Of a stretch of 47,930 nucleotides of DNA, positions 7,908 through 16,522 are shown in pieces. The position numbers and the translations under genes are program-made. The stretch is from Patescibacteria group bacterium (GTDB lineage: Bacteria > Patescibacteriota > Patescibacteriia > Patescibacteriales > UBA12075), in assembly GCA_034722035.1 (NCBI GenBank), contig JAYENK010000019.1, positions 1 to 47,930 on the forward strand, given 5' to 3'. Under the pieces are notes generated by a model. It ran no database searches, was not told the DNA's origin, and was given only the letters and a program-made list of their open reading frames with translations. The stretch's first letter is position 1. Each line of letters starts with the position of its first letter.

Positions 7908-7939
7908 AAAAAAACCTGATAATACTATTATCAAGTTTT
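7908..7939 (-). terminator. Probable intrinsic terminator after tsaB
   Basis: Minus strand AAAACTTGATAAT-agt-ATTATCAGGTTTT followed by further T. Confidence 0.6.
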
Positions 7940-7998
7940 CTGTTAATAAACTATATAAATTGATGTGTAAAACTCACTATTTTATAAAAGTCGGACTT

Positions 7999-8373
7999 CT
8001 ACAAAATATCGTTCTTGGCCACTGTTATATTTGGCTCTTTGTCGTAAAATGGCTTAATTAATTCTCCGTTACTAAATTTTAAGGTCTTGCCCTTAGTCCC
8101 TTTAATTGGAATATTTTTGGCATAAGATAAGGCATTGGCAATGCTAACCACTAATCTTAACGCAGAAAAGCTGATTCCGGTATTATTAACTTGAATTTCG
8201 GTAATATCATCTAAACCAAGCTTATTTTTCTTTAAAATCTTATCCACAGCCGGTAAAAATTGCTCTGCTTGTTCACGTAAAGCCTTAAATTCGATTTTAT
8301 CAATTATTTTATTATTATTTTTTAATTGAATAATAATTTGCTCTTCATCCGGAGCCGATAAATATAAAATCAT
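7999..8373 (-). CDS. tsaB: Short TsaB-like t6A biosynthesis protein (N-terminal domain only)
   Basis: QAEQFLPAVDKIL...LDDITEIQVNNTGISFSALRLVVSIANALS resembles the TsaB GPGSFTGLRIG region; only 124 aa. Confidence 0.72.
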   Translation of the reverse strand: MILYLSAPDEEQIIIQLKNNNKIIDKIEFKALREQAEQFLPAVDKILKKNKLGLDDITEIQVNNTGISFSALRLVVSIANALSYAKNIPIKGTKGKTLKFSNGELIKPFYDKEPNITVAKNDIL

Positions 8374-8383
8374 ATATAAAAAT

Positions 8384-8674
8384 CTATTCGTCTAATAAAT
8401 TTGTTCTAAATGAGCTGGATTGCAAACGCAAAATCATCGCCTGCTGAGAATCCAATTTTTTATTTGTCTGCGCTTGCTCATTAATTAATCTTAAATTCTG
8501 AATTTCAAGGCCAGTTATTTGATTGCTTGTCTCTTCAATTTTGGAAAAAATAAAACTAGCGTACACACTCGACGCTAGCACTAAAAATAAAACCACTAAT
8601 TGCAACCAAAGCATTAAAGCAATGTGTTGATTTTTAAATAAAAAACGCTTGCTTAATTTTGAAAATAATCGCAT
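8384..8674 (-). CDS. Hypothetical single-TM coiled-coil protein
   Basis: 96 aa, hydrophobic segment ~19-42, then Q/L-rich heptads. Confidence 0.65.
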   Translation of the reverse strand: MRLFSKLSKRFLFKNQHIALMLWLQLVVLFLVLASSVYASFIFSKIEETSNQITGLEIQNLRLINEQAQTNKKLDSQQAMILRLQSSSFRTNLLDE

Positions 8675-8722
8675 GGGGATAAGTTAATATCTATTATTTT
8701 ATATTATACAATATTTACTAAG

Positions 8723-9910
8723 CTATTTCAACTCATCTAAAATAATTTCAATTTCAATGTTTTTATCCCCTCTTTCAATAAAGAAACTAAGCTCATCGCC
8801 GGGGAGTTTATTGTTAATTTCCGCGCTTAGATTTTTTCCGTCTTTTAACTCTACATTATTTACCGCTAAAATAATATCCCCGATTTCCAAACCATAAACA
8901 TCAGCCGGACTACCGGTTTGGATTGCTTTTTTGCCGAGACCGACAGTAATCAAAGCACCAAATTTACTCTCTGCTAAACCGATTTTGGTATAATTGCTTA
9001 AATCAACATAGCTTAGACCCAGACTGGGACGCACGATAAAATTGTTGTCCAATAAGCAATTAAGGCAGGGTAAAAAATTATCAATTGGCAATACCTCTCC
9101 TTGATTATTGATAATCGCCATTAAGCTGTTATCCAGAGCGAATAAAAAAGAGCCGTAAAAAGATTCCGGTGGAGCTTGTTCTAAAATATAAAGGTTTTGA
9201 TAAAAATCACTGGATTTAATTTTATTTTTTATTCTTGACTCATGCCCTAGCATGGTCGTAAGCCAGGCCTGTTTTTTTAAATTAGCGGCAAGCACTAATT
9301 GTCCGCTACGTGCGCTCTCCAGATTAATAAAGTTTTTTACCGGTAAATTTTCCGAAATAATATGATAAAAACTAACTTGACTAATAGGATCATAAATAAT
9401 TTTATCAACTAACAAAACTTTTTTATTACTGTTTATTATGACGTAGTTTTGTGCTATTTTATCCACACTTGTACTGGCAAAATTACGCGCTCGCCTGTTT
9501 ATTGCCTCTAGCGGTGAAAACGAAGAAACCAACCAACCATCACTGGTAATAATAAAGCCTTGCCCCAGAGTTTCATCAATGTCATACCAATTATCAAGAT
9601 TTATTTTTGTATCAAGCTTTGTTATTTTGCTAGAACTCGCTTTCTTTTTGTATATGCCGACAATATTGCTTTCAACCGCGGACAAGGCATCATAAGCTTT
9701 TGTATCTTGTGTCACCACGACATTACGCGCCCCACTGATTATTACATCCGGCCGCTCTAAAGGATTTTGTGAAAAATCAATATCACCGAACAAAGGAACC
9801 TCTAAAAGACTCTCAAATAAATAAATCCGTGCAAACAAAGAACCAAGCGCTCCGCTAAAAATTCCCAATGCAATTATTAATAATATTATTATAATTTTAT
9901 TTTTAATCAT
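8723..9910 (-). CDS. HtrA/DegP-like protein with PDZ domain, catalytic triad apparently lost
   Basis: N-terminal TM, LGQGFIITSDGWLV, PDZ motifs RPSLGLSY and GSPADVYGLEIGDIILAVN; no TNxH or GNSGG. Confidence 0.82.
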   Translation of the reverse strand: MIKNKIIIILLIIALGIFSGALGSLFARIYLFESLLEVPLFGDIDFSQNPLERPDVIISGARNVVVTQDTKAYDALSAVESNIVGIYKKKASSSKITKLDTKINLDNWYDIDETLGQGFIITSDGWLVSSFSPLEAINRRARNFASTSVDKIAQNYVIINSNKKVLLVDKIIYDPISQVSFYHIISENLPVKNFINLESARSGQLVLAANLKKQAWLTTMLGHESRIKNKIKSSDFYQNLYILEQAPPESFYGSFLFALDNSLMAIINNQGEVLPIDNFLPCLNCLLDNNFIVRPSLGLSYVDLSNYTKIGLAESKFGALITVGLGKKAIQTGSPADVYGLEIGDIILAVNNVELKDGKNLSAEINNKLPGDELSFFIERGDKNIEIEIILDELK

Positions 9911-9925
9911 TATAAATATCCATAT

Positions 9926-10696
9926 TTAATTATAAGAAATCCAATTGGCGGTAAACAAAACCAGAATTACGCTAGCAATGCCAAGGCTCAGATAAGCTTT
10001 GATTATTCTTGCATTTAAAGTACCTAGCAAATAAAATCTGGTTAGCCCAATAATTGTATAATAAAAAATCGCTAAAATCAAGCCTAAAACATAATAATTA
10101 AGCGTCATAAAAGATATTGCCCAAGCCAACTCGACAATCATCAAAGAAAGCACCAATATATAAAAAAATCTAGCCTGATTATCAACTTGATTAACCCAAA
10201 ATACCTCATACACTATAGCGATAGTAACAAAAAGTAAAAAAATTATCAAACGCCAAATCTCTATATTCAGAAAAACTTGTAAACCATATATTGATGAAGC
10301 AATAAAATAAAATCCTAAAAAATTACCATAAGAAGAAATATTTTCCAAACTGTTTGCCTGATATTTCTTCGGATTTATCAGGTAATAATATATAGTACTA
10401 AAATAAACATAATTAAATAATGAGTTTATCAAAAAAAATACCTGCACTAAAGGATTAAAAGGCAAAAGTGTGCTAAAAATTATAAGCCCAAGTGAAAAAA
10501 CCAAGGGCAAAATAATAAAACACCACCATTTTTCATCACGCTTACTAACAATTAAAAATTGCCTAATCACAAAAAAATCAAGTAGAATCAAAAACACAAT
10601 TATTACGAACAGCATTTTAGGGAAAAACAATATTAATTCCAATAAAGCCAAATGACTAACAGCGATTATAATCGGCAAAAATCTATTAAAAAACAT
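9926..10696 (-). CDS. Polytopic membrane protein
   Basis: About 8-9 hydrophobic helices; ATG at 10696 avoids overlap with the upstream gene. Confidence 0.75.
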   Translation of the reverse strand: MFFNRFLPIIIAVSHLALLELILFFPKMLFVIIVFLILLDFFVIRQFLIVSKRDEKWWCFIILPLVFSLGLIIFSTLLPFNPLVQVFFLINSLFNYVYFSTIYYYLINPKKYQANSLENISSYGNFLGFYFIASSIYGLQVFLNIEIWRLIIFLLFVTIAIVYEVFWVNQVDNQARFFYILVLSLMIVELAWAISFMTLNYYVLGLILAIFYYTIIGLTRFYLLGTLNARIIKAYLSLGIASVILVLFTANWISYN

Positions 10697-10709
10697 AATT
10701 GCGGTAAAC

Positions 10710-11156
10710 TTATAAGATATCTTCTCGTAAATCCAGTAATGATTGATAATTTTTTTGATAAGTCTCTTGATTATTGTCAAGTAGCGACTTCTTTAAATCA
10801 TCAATTATCATTACAAAAGACAGATGCGCGTCACGCTTATTTTCCGGTACACGCAAATCCATTGCTCTAAGTTTTATTTTTATCAAAGAGTCAGTAATGC
10901 TTTCCGCTAAAGTGTCTAGTTCATTAAAATTTTCCCGCGCGGTTGATGATGCCAAAAAAGAAGCTTCTATAAAGATTGGCCATATCTCTTTTTGATAATT
11001 ACTGCTTATCTCTTCTTGGCTTATCGGCTTGGGCGCCTCTACGCGTTCACTATTGTCTGTTTGAATTTCTACTGCTTGAAAATTAAGCAGTAAATACAAT
11101 AAAGGAATACAAGCGACTATTCCAAAAATAATTAAAATTAAATTAATTTTTTTCAT
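10710..11156 (-). CDS. Hypothetical membrane-anchored helical protein
   Basis: 148 aa, N-terminal TM, operonic spacing. Confidence 0.7.
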   Translation of the reverse strand: MKKINLILIIFGIVACIPLLYLLLNFQAVEIQTDNSERVEAPKPISQEEISSNYQKEIWPIFIEASFLASSTARENFNELDTLAESITDSLIKIKLRAMDLRVPENKRDAHLSFVMIIDDLKKSLLDNNQETYQKNYQSLLDLREDIL

Positions 11157-11186
11157 ATTATAAATTTTATGATATTAAAATTATAT

Positions 11187-13433
11187 TTAATTAACTATTT
11201 CAAAATCATCTCCACTGCTTTTACTTATTTTTAATTTTAATGTTTTTACTTCCTCTAGATCACTAATCTTATTCATCATAATATAATTATTGGAAAAGGT
11301 GTAGAGCGTGTCGTCAATGTAAAGACAACGCCTAACTGTATTGTCATAATAATTGTATCCACGCCAATAATCAGACTCACTCCCTTGCCCGCCATCAGAA
11401 TGGTCAATTTTTCCTTTAAGCTCAAAACCATTTTCCCGACTCAAGGTAAATACGACTGCACCGCTAAAACTTAATTCGCCCCAACCGCGCTCTTTTAAAT
11501 CTTCGCGAATTGAAACCGGAATTGCCAATATATTTTTCTCTTTATCAAAAAGAAAAGCCTTATGATCGTTTAATGCAATTGAATTGCTACCAGCGCCCCC
11601 CATAATGTAAGTATCAAGCTCTTTAGGGTTTGTTACATCTTTGACATCAAACAAAGATAATTTAAGTCCCTTTTGACGTACTCCGCCCCACTCAGTTTCA
11701 CTTGTATCCTTGCCCAAACCGATTAAAGTATTTTCATCATAAGGGTGTAAATAATTAGAAAATCCTGGAATCTTTAATTCACCTAGCACTTTTGGTGCCG
11801 TCGGGTCGCTAAGATCAATGACAAATAATGGATCAATTTGTTTGAAAGTCACCATATAAGCCCGACCTTGCATAAAACGTACCGAATAAATGCGCTCGTC
11901 TTCGGCCAACCCTTCAATTGCACCGACTTGCTTTAAATCGCTGTCCAAAACATAAAGATTGTTATAAGACTTACGCCGCTCTTCTTCGTAACGCGACCAA
12001 GTTCTATTTTTAGTTGTGGCAATACGAAAATAGCCGTCATTTTCGTCCATGGAAAATTGATTCAAAACATGTCCTGTCACCTCACCATTAGTTTTATATT
12101 CTAATTTACCTTTATTAATTACGATTTTATGAATGATTGTTTTTTCCAGTTCTTTGGAAATATCTTCATATTTTTGTTTCATAGCAGATTCCAACTTGAC
12201 TTGAAATTCATCAATCTCATCATCGCCTAGTATTTTGACCCAGCTTTCAATAATCCGCTGAATCTTTCTTTGTTTTTCTTCTTTATTTAAAATATAATTC
12301 TCCACTGATTCAATCTTAACAATTTTTTCTTGCTTACTCGCGCTAAGATGCGGATAAATCAACTCTCGCATTACCTCCATTTCCAATTGGTATTCACTTA
12401 TATGTTTTGTGTAGGTTATATATAAATTCTGCGGTGACATATACATATTTTGCACATGAGACATCAGATAATGCTCTTGCTCTATCTCGGCATTAATGTT
12501 ATTAAGGTTGATTGAGCTGACAACCGTGAAATTATATGAATTATAAGGGATATCAAAATAATAAATATCCGGCATCACGCAATCAGTTTTGTCACTGGCG
12601 CAAGCCAAGGCAATTTCTTCTCCATCGTCCAAAAGGCGAGGTAAGACCGGTTCACCGTCAATATGATAATAATTATTGGTAGTAGTAATAAAATATACAT
12701 AATCCCCGATCATGCGTGAATTGGTATAGTACCCCTCAAAATCAAGGTCTCTAAGCTGTGCCGGATTTTGGGGATCACTAATATCAAAAATCTTAAAAAA
12801 AGTATACTGACTCCGTCGTTTCCAGCGCTTATAGCCATCATAAGTATTTATCTGATTATCTCGGCCAAATATTATTAATTTATTATCATTGATATACAAA
12901 TCATTGGGACGGGATTTAAAACTAATCTTACTTAAAACTTTTGCGTTTTCCGCCGGATAAGCTTTTAAAATATACAAATCATTTTTAACTAAAGCGTAAA
13001 TATTTTTCCCATCAGTTTTAATAATGTCGGCCTCATCCACTCCTTCGACCTGGACATTAGTTTTGGAAAAATCATCCGGACCAGCACTATCTTGTACGAC
13101 TTGGTTAGCTAAACCAGATGAAACAGTTTTTGCCATTGGCATGGCCTCGTCAAATGCCATATCAATCGCCATCTCTCTCGTGCCATAACCAGTACTAAAA
13201 CCAATGTCAGTATTTTCGATAAACTCATTTAATTCTTCTAGGGAAGCAAATTTTTTAATCTTAGACTGATCTTTTAATTGCTCTGTAACTGACTCTTTGT
13301 TATTTTCTTTTGGCTGATTTTTTCCTGGCTTAAGTGACACTGGCTTCTGTCCAGTCAAAAACGGCAAAGAACAACCAGTTATCAAAAAAGAAATAACTAA
13401 AGGTGTTACAATAATTTTAATTAGACTTTTCAT
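11187..13433 (-). CDS. Beta-propeller domain lipoprotein (Beta_propel-like family)
   Basis: Lipobox LITG-C, FSKTNVQVEGVDEADIIKTDG, LNQFSMDE, ERIYSVRF, DPLFVIDL, GELKIPGFSNYLHP. Confidence 0.88.
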   Translation of the reverse strand: MKSLIKIIVTPLVISFLITGCSLPFLTGQKPVSLKPGKNQPKENNKESVTEQLKDQSKIKKFASLEELNEFIENTDIGFSTGYGTREMAIDMAFDEAMPMAKTVSSGLANQVVQDSAGPDDFSKTNVQVEGVDEADIIKTDGKNIYALVKNDLYILKAYPAENAKVLSKISFKSRPNDLYINDNKLIIFGRDNQINTYDGYKRWKRRSQYTFFKIFDISDPQNPAQLRDLDFEGYYTNSRMIGDYVYFITTTNNYYHIDGEPVLPRLLDDGEEIALACASDKTDCVMPDIYYFDIPYNSYNFTVVSSINLNNINAEIEQEHYLMSHVQNMYMSPQNLYITYTKHISEYQLEMEVMRELIYPHLSASKQEKIVKIESVENYILNKEEKQRKIQRIIESWVKILGDDEIDEFQVKLESAMKQKYEDISKELEKTIIHKIVINKGKLEYKTNGEVTGHVLNQFSMDENDGYFRIATTKNRTWSRYEEERRKSYNNLYVLDSDLKQVGAIEGLAEDERIYSVRFMQGRAYMVTFKQIDPLFVIDLSDPTAPKVLGELKIPGFSNYLHPYDENTLIGLGKDTSETEWGGVRQKGLKLSLFDVKDVTNPKELDTYIMGGAGSNSIALNDHKAFLFDKEKNILAIPVSIREDLKERGWGELSFSGAVVFTLSRENGFELKGKIDHSDGGQGSESDYWRGYNYYDNTVRRCLYIDDTLYTFSNNYIMMNKISDLEEVKTLKLKISKSSGDDFEIVN

Positions 13434-13481
13434 AGTGATATAAATCTTAATTTTTAATTCTTAATTTTTAATTGATAATCA

Positions 13482-13817
13482 TTAATTGCCATCATCAAAC
13501 ATGTTTCCATCAATTTCATCCCAATCTTCCTTGTCTTCGTCCCATTTATAAGCCATGAGCTGATGGCTTTTTTTATCCTCCGAATAAACATAAGTAACTT
13601 GCGTCTCCGATCCAATTCGACGGGTATAATTGGTTTTTTTATCAATTATTACCGGCTTAACTACATACTCCAAGCGCATTCGCCCCAAAGGACCATCAAA
13701 TTCAATATATTTAATGTCAATTCCCCCTTCATCGTCAATATGGCTTTCCCCCTCGTCATGAACCGGAAAAGAATCTTTAACATTCCCGATTATTTTTTCC
13801 CATTTCTCACTAGTCAT
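13482..13817 (-). CDS. Acidic hypothetical protein
   Basis: Ungapped ORF with operonic spacing; ATG at 13817 preferred. Confidence 0.72.
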   Translation of the reverse strand: MTSEKWEKIIGNVKDSFPVHDEGESHIDDEGGIDIKYIEFDGPLGRMRLEYVVKPVIIDKKTNYTRRIGSETQVTYVYSEDKKSHQLMAYKWDEDKEDWDEIDGNMFDDGN

Positions 13818-13856
13818 AGGCTTGCGCAATTTATAAATTAATAATATACGTAAATA

Positions 13857-14900
13857 CTAATAGTATACCGCCTTTGTTTCCAAGTCTCTCTTTCTGTTCT
13901 TGGCTACTTGCTGAGTAATAAAACCACAGGCTAACAGACGGTCAATCGCGCGATTCATTGTTATCATCCCCTCAGAAGCACCGGTTTGCATTGATGAAAT
14001 AATCTGCTCATATTGACCATTCCGGATTAAATTTGAAACCGCAGTATTATTTATCATAATTTCCCGAGCCACCACCAAACCGCCATCCTTTCTGGGTAAA
14101 AGCTGTTGCGTGACAACAGCTCGCAATAAAGACGCTAATTGGTGCGCAATCTGATGTTGATTGTTTACGGGAAAATAATCGACTATTCTTTCAATCGTTT
14201 CCGCGGCTGTCGTTGTGTGCAAGGTAGACAAAACCAAGTGTCCGGTCTTAGCAGCAGTAAGTGCCGCCTGCACGGTTTCCAGATCCCTCATCTCCCCTAC
14301 CATTATCACATTTGGATCTTGCCTAAGCGCGTATTTAAGGGCAGAGGCAAAACTTTTAGTGTCGCGCCCAAGCTGGCGCTGTTCGATAATTGATTGCTTT
14401 TCTTTAAAAGTATATTCAATCGGATCTTCTACGGTAATAATATGCGAACGTCTTTCTGCATTAATCATGTCAAGCATCACCGCCAAGGTGGTGGATTTAC
14501 CAGTCCCGGAGGGACCTGTGACCAAAATCAAACCGTCTTTTAAATGAGTAAAACGATAAATTACCTCATCAAAACCGATATCATCCGGCTTTGGTATTTC
14601 CTTTGGCACCAAACGTGCCGCTAAACCAATCTTACCTTCTTGCAGATGCAAATTAACCCGAAAACGATTGTCAAAAAACTCCATTGACAAATCAATATCC
14701 TTATCTTCCCGGAATTTGCTGACAATATCTTTATCAAGCTCCTTGAACAAAGAATATTTAAGCTCGCCAAAAGGAATTATCGCCTCATTAAACTTAACCA
14801 AGTCCCCGGAAATCCGAAGACAAGGCGTCTGTCCTTCCACCAGATGCAAATCAGACGCCTCACGTTTAATCGCCTCTTTAAAATAATAAGAAATATCCAT
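13857..14900 (-). CDS. pilT: Type IV pilus retraction ATPase PilT family
   Basis: ASDLHL, GPSGTGKSTT, TVEDPIE, ALRQDPNVIMVGEMRD, TGHLVLSTLH, AVSNLIR; ATG at 14900. Confidence 0.92.
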   Translation of the reverse strand: MDISYYFKEAIKREASDLHLVEGQTPCLRISGDLVKFNEAIIPFGELKYSLFKELDKDIVSKFREDKDIDLSMEFFDNRFRVNLHLQEGKIGLAARLVPKEIPKPDDIGFDEVIYRFTHLKDGLILVTGPSGTGKSTTLAVMLDMINAERRSHIITVEDPIEYTFKEKQSIIEQRQLGRDTKSFASALKYALRQDPNVIMVGEMRDLETVQAALTAAKTGHLVLSTLHTTTAAETIERIVDYFPVNNQHQIAHQLASLLRAVVTQQLLPRKDGGLVVAREIMINNTAVSNLIRNGQYEQIISSMQTGASEGMITMNRAIDRLLACGFITQQVAKNRKRDLETKAVYY

Positions 14901-15085
14901 AAACAATACAATACTACATATATTATAGCACAAAAAACCATATAAATTCAATGCGCATACTTTAGTTCCGCATCGAAAATTCACAACCGCAATAATTCTG
15001 ACGATACAAATTTAATTCCTTTGAAATGACACAAGCTTTTTTGAATCCGTCCTTTTTTTTAAAATCCCTATCAAAAAATTTTGCT

Positions 15086-15448
15086 TTATTTTTTGTCTTT
15101 AACATAAGGAACTATTATAAACATTAAAACACCAACAAAACCGGCCCAAAAATCCAAATAACTCGGGTTGCGTCCGGGAACGAAATATTGAAAAAATTCA
15201 ATTATAATTGAGAAAATAACACTAACAAAAATAGTTGTTGCAACTCTTTTTAATCTTGAAAAACTTAAATTTAAATATAATAAATAAGAAAATATTCCAA
15301 ACAAAAAAAGATGAACAATTTTATCGTAATAATTTTCTGTTTCAATGCCAATGTCCGGCACTGGCATCAAAGTTAAAAACAGAATAAAAATTGTCCAAAC
15401 TATCAATAAATGAAATTTGAATCTATTTATCACCTTTTTCCCTGTCAA
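15086..15448 (-). CDS. VanZ-like membrane protein
   Basis: DKIVHLFLFG, IEFFQYFVPGRNPSYLDF. Confidence 0.85.
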   Translation of the reverse strand: MTGKKVINRFKFHLLIVWTIFILFLTLMPVPDIGIETENYYDKIVHLFLFGIFSYLLYLNLSFSRLKRVATTIFVSVIFSIIIEFFQYFVPGRNPSYLDFWAGFVGVLMFIIVPYVKDKK

Positions 15449-16508
15449 TTTTATTTATACTAATAACAAAAACAAACATTAATATCAAAAGCAGGGCTAG
15501 CGCGAGAATCTTTCCTCTGCTTTGCAAAAACAAAGCGCTTACTCCAAAAGTAAAGGCAAAAAAATAATAAAATAAAACGGCCTGAGCTTGACTCAAACCA
15601 ATATCGAGTAAACGGAAATGTAAATGCTTCCGGTCGGCATGTTTAAAAGGATTCTTACCTTCTCTTATTCTCTGAATAATTATCCAAGCTAAATCCAAAA
15701 TCGGCAACCCCATTACAAGAAGCGCAATCGCGATTTTACCGCCCGAAATAATAGACAATACTCCAAGGGAGTAGCCCAAAAACAAAGAACCGCCCTCGCC
15801 CAAAAATATTTTAGCCGGACGCCAATTGAAAAACAAAAATCCCAGAATCGAAAAAAATAAAATAAAAGCAGCCAAACTAATATCCGGCTGATAGTACTTA
15901 CCCGAAAAAGTGAACAAAGTAATAATCAAAGCGCCAATCGCGCTCACTCCGCCCACAAGACCGTCTAGGCCGTCAAGGATTTTGGTCGTATACATCATGC
16001 CCATCAGCCAAGCAAATATTATCAAGGCAGACACAATCGAAAAAGTTCCGGCATTGCCCAAACAAGAACAAAAATTAAAAGAAAACTTATCCAAATAAAT
16101 AAACCCACCAAAAGGATTGCTGATTTTCTCAATACTAACTCCTCCCAAAATAACAAAAATAGCGGCAAACGAAGGAAATATTACCTGTTCTCTAGGTTTA
16201 AGGCTATATTTATCATCAATAACTCCACCCAAAATAATTGTAAATCCTCCCAGAAAGAAAAATAACCAATGAGATAAATTCAAGTCTCCGGCGGTTAATT
16301 TATCAATAAACAAAAAAATAAATACAAAAAAACATAAAAAAATCGCAACTCCGCCGAGAAGCGGGACGACTCGTTTATGTTGCTTTCTTCTCTCGTTTGG
16401 CTGATCATTAATATCAAATCTAATCGCCACTTTCCGCACAATCCAAGTCAGCAATAAAGAAAAAAAGAATATTAAAATCGCTAAAATATAAACATTAAAT
16501 CCAATCAT
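15423..16508 (-). CDS. WecA/TagO-like undecaprenyl-phosphate GlcNAc-1-phosphate transferase (MraY superfamily)
   Basis: RKQHKRVVPLLGGVAI, GVIDD, LDGLDGL, NWRPAKIFLGEGGS, ADRKHLHFRL. Confidence 0.88.
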   Translation of the reverse strand: MIGFNVYILAILIFFFSLLLTWIVRKVAIRFDINDQPNERRKQHKRVVPLLGGVAIFLCFFVFIFLFIDKLTAGDLNLSHWLFFFLGGFTIILGGVIDDKYSLKPREQVIFPSFAAIFVILGGVSIEKISNPFGGFIYLDKFSFNFCSCLGNAGTFSIVSALIIFAWLMGMMYTTKILDGLDGLVGGVSAIGALIITLFTFSGKYYQPDISLAAFILFFSILGFLFFNWRPAKIFLGEGGSLFLGYSLGVLSIISGGKIAIALLVMGLPILDLAWIIIQRIREGKNPFKHADRKHLHFRLLDIGLSQAQAVLFYYFFAFTFGVSALFLQSRGKILALALLLILMFVFVISINKIDREKGDK

Positions 16509-16522
16509 GCCCTAACTAATAT

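Noticed and set aside
8240-9467. oriC from TTATCCACA at 8240 and 9459
   Set aside because: Isolated boxes inside coding sequence; no cluster and no dnaA/dnaN.
13454-13645. 63-aa minus-strand ORF
   Set aside because: Alternate frame of the 13482-13817 gene, ending in a heptamer repeat.
14998-15027. Hammerhead-like CTGACGA...GAAA
   Set aside because: No stem II or flanking stems can be formed.
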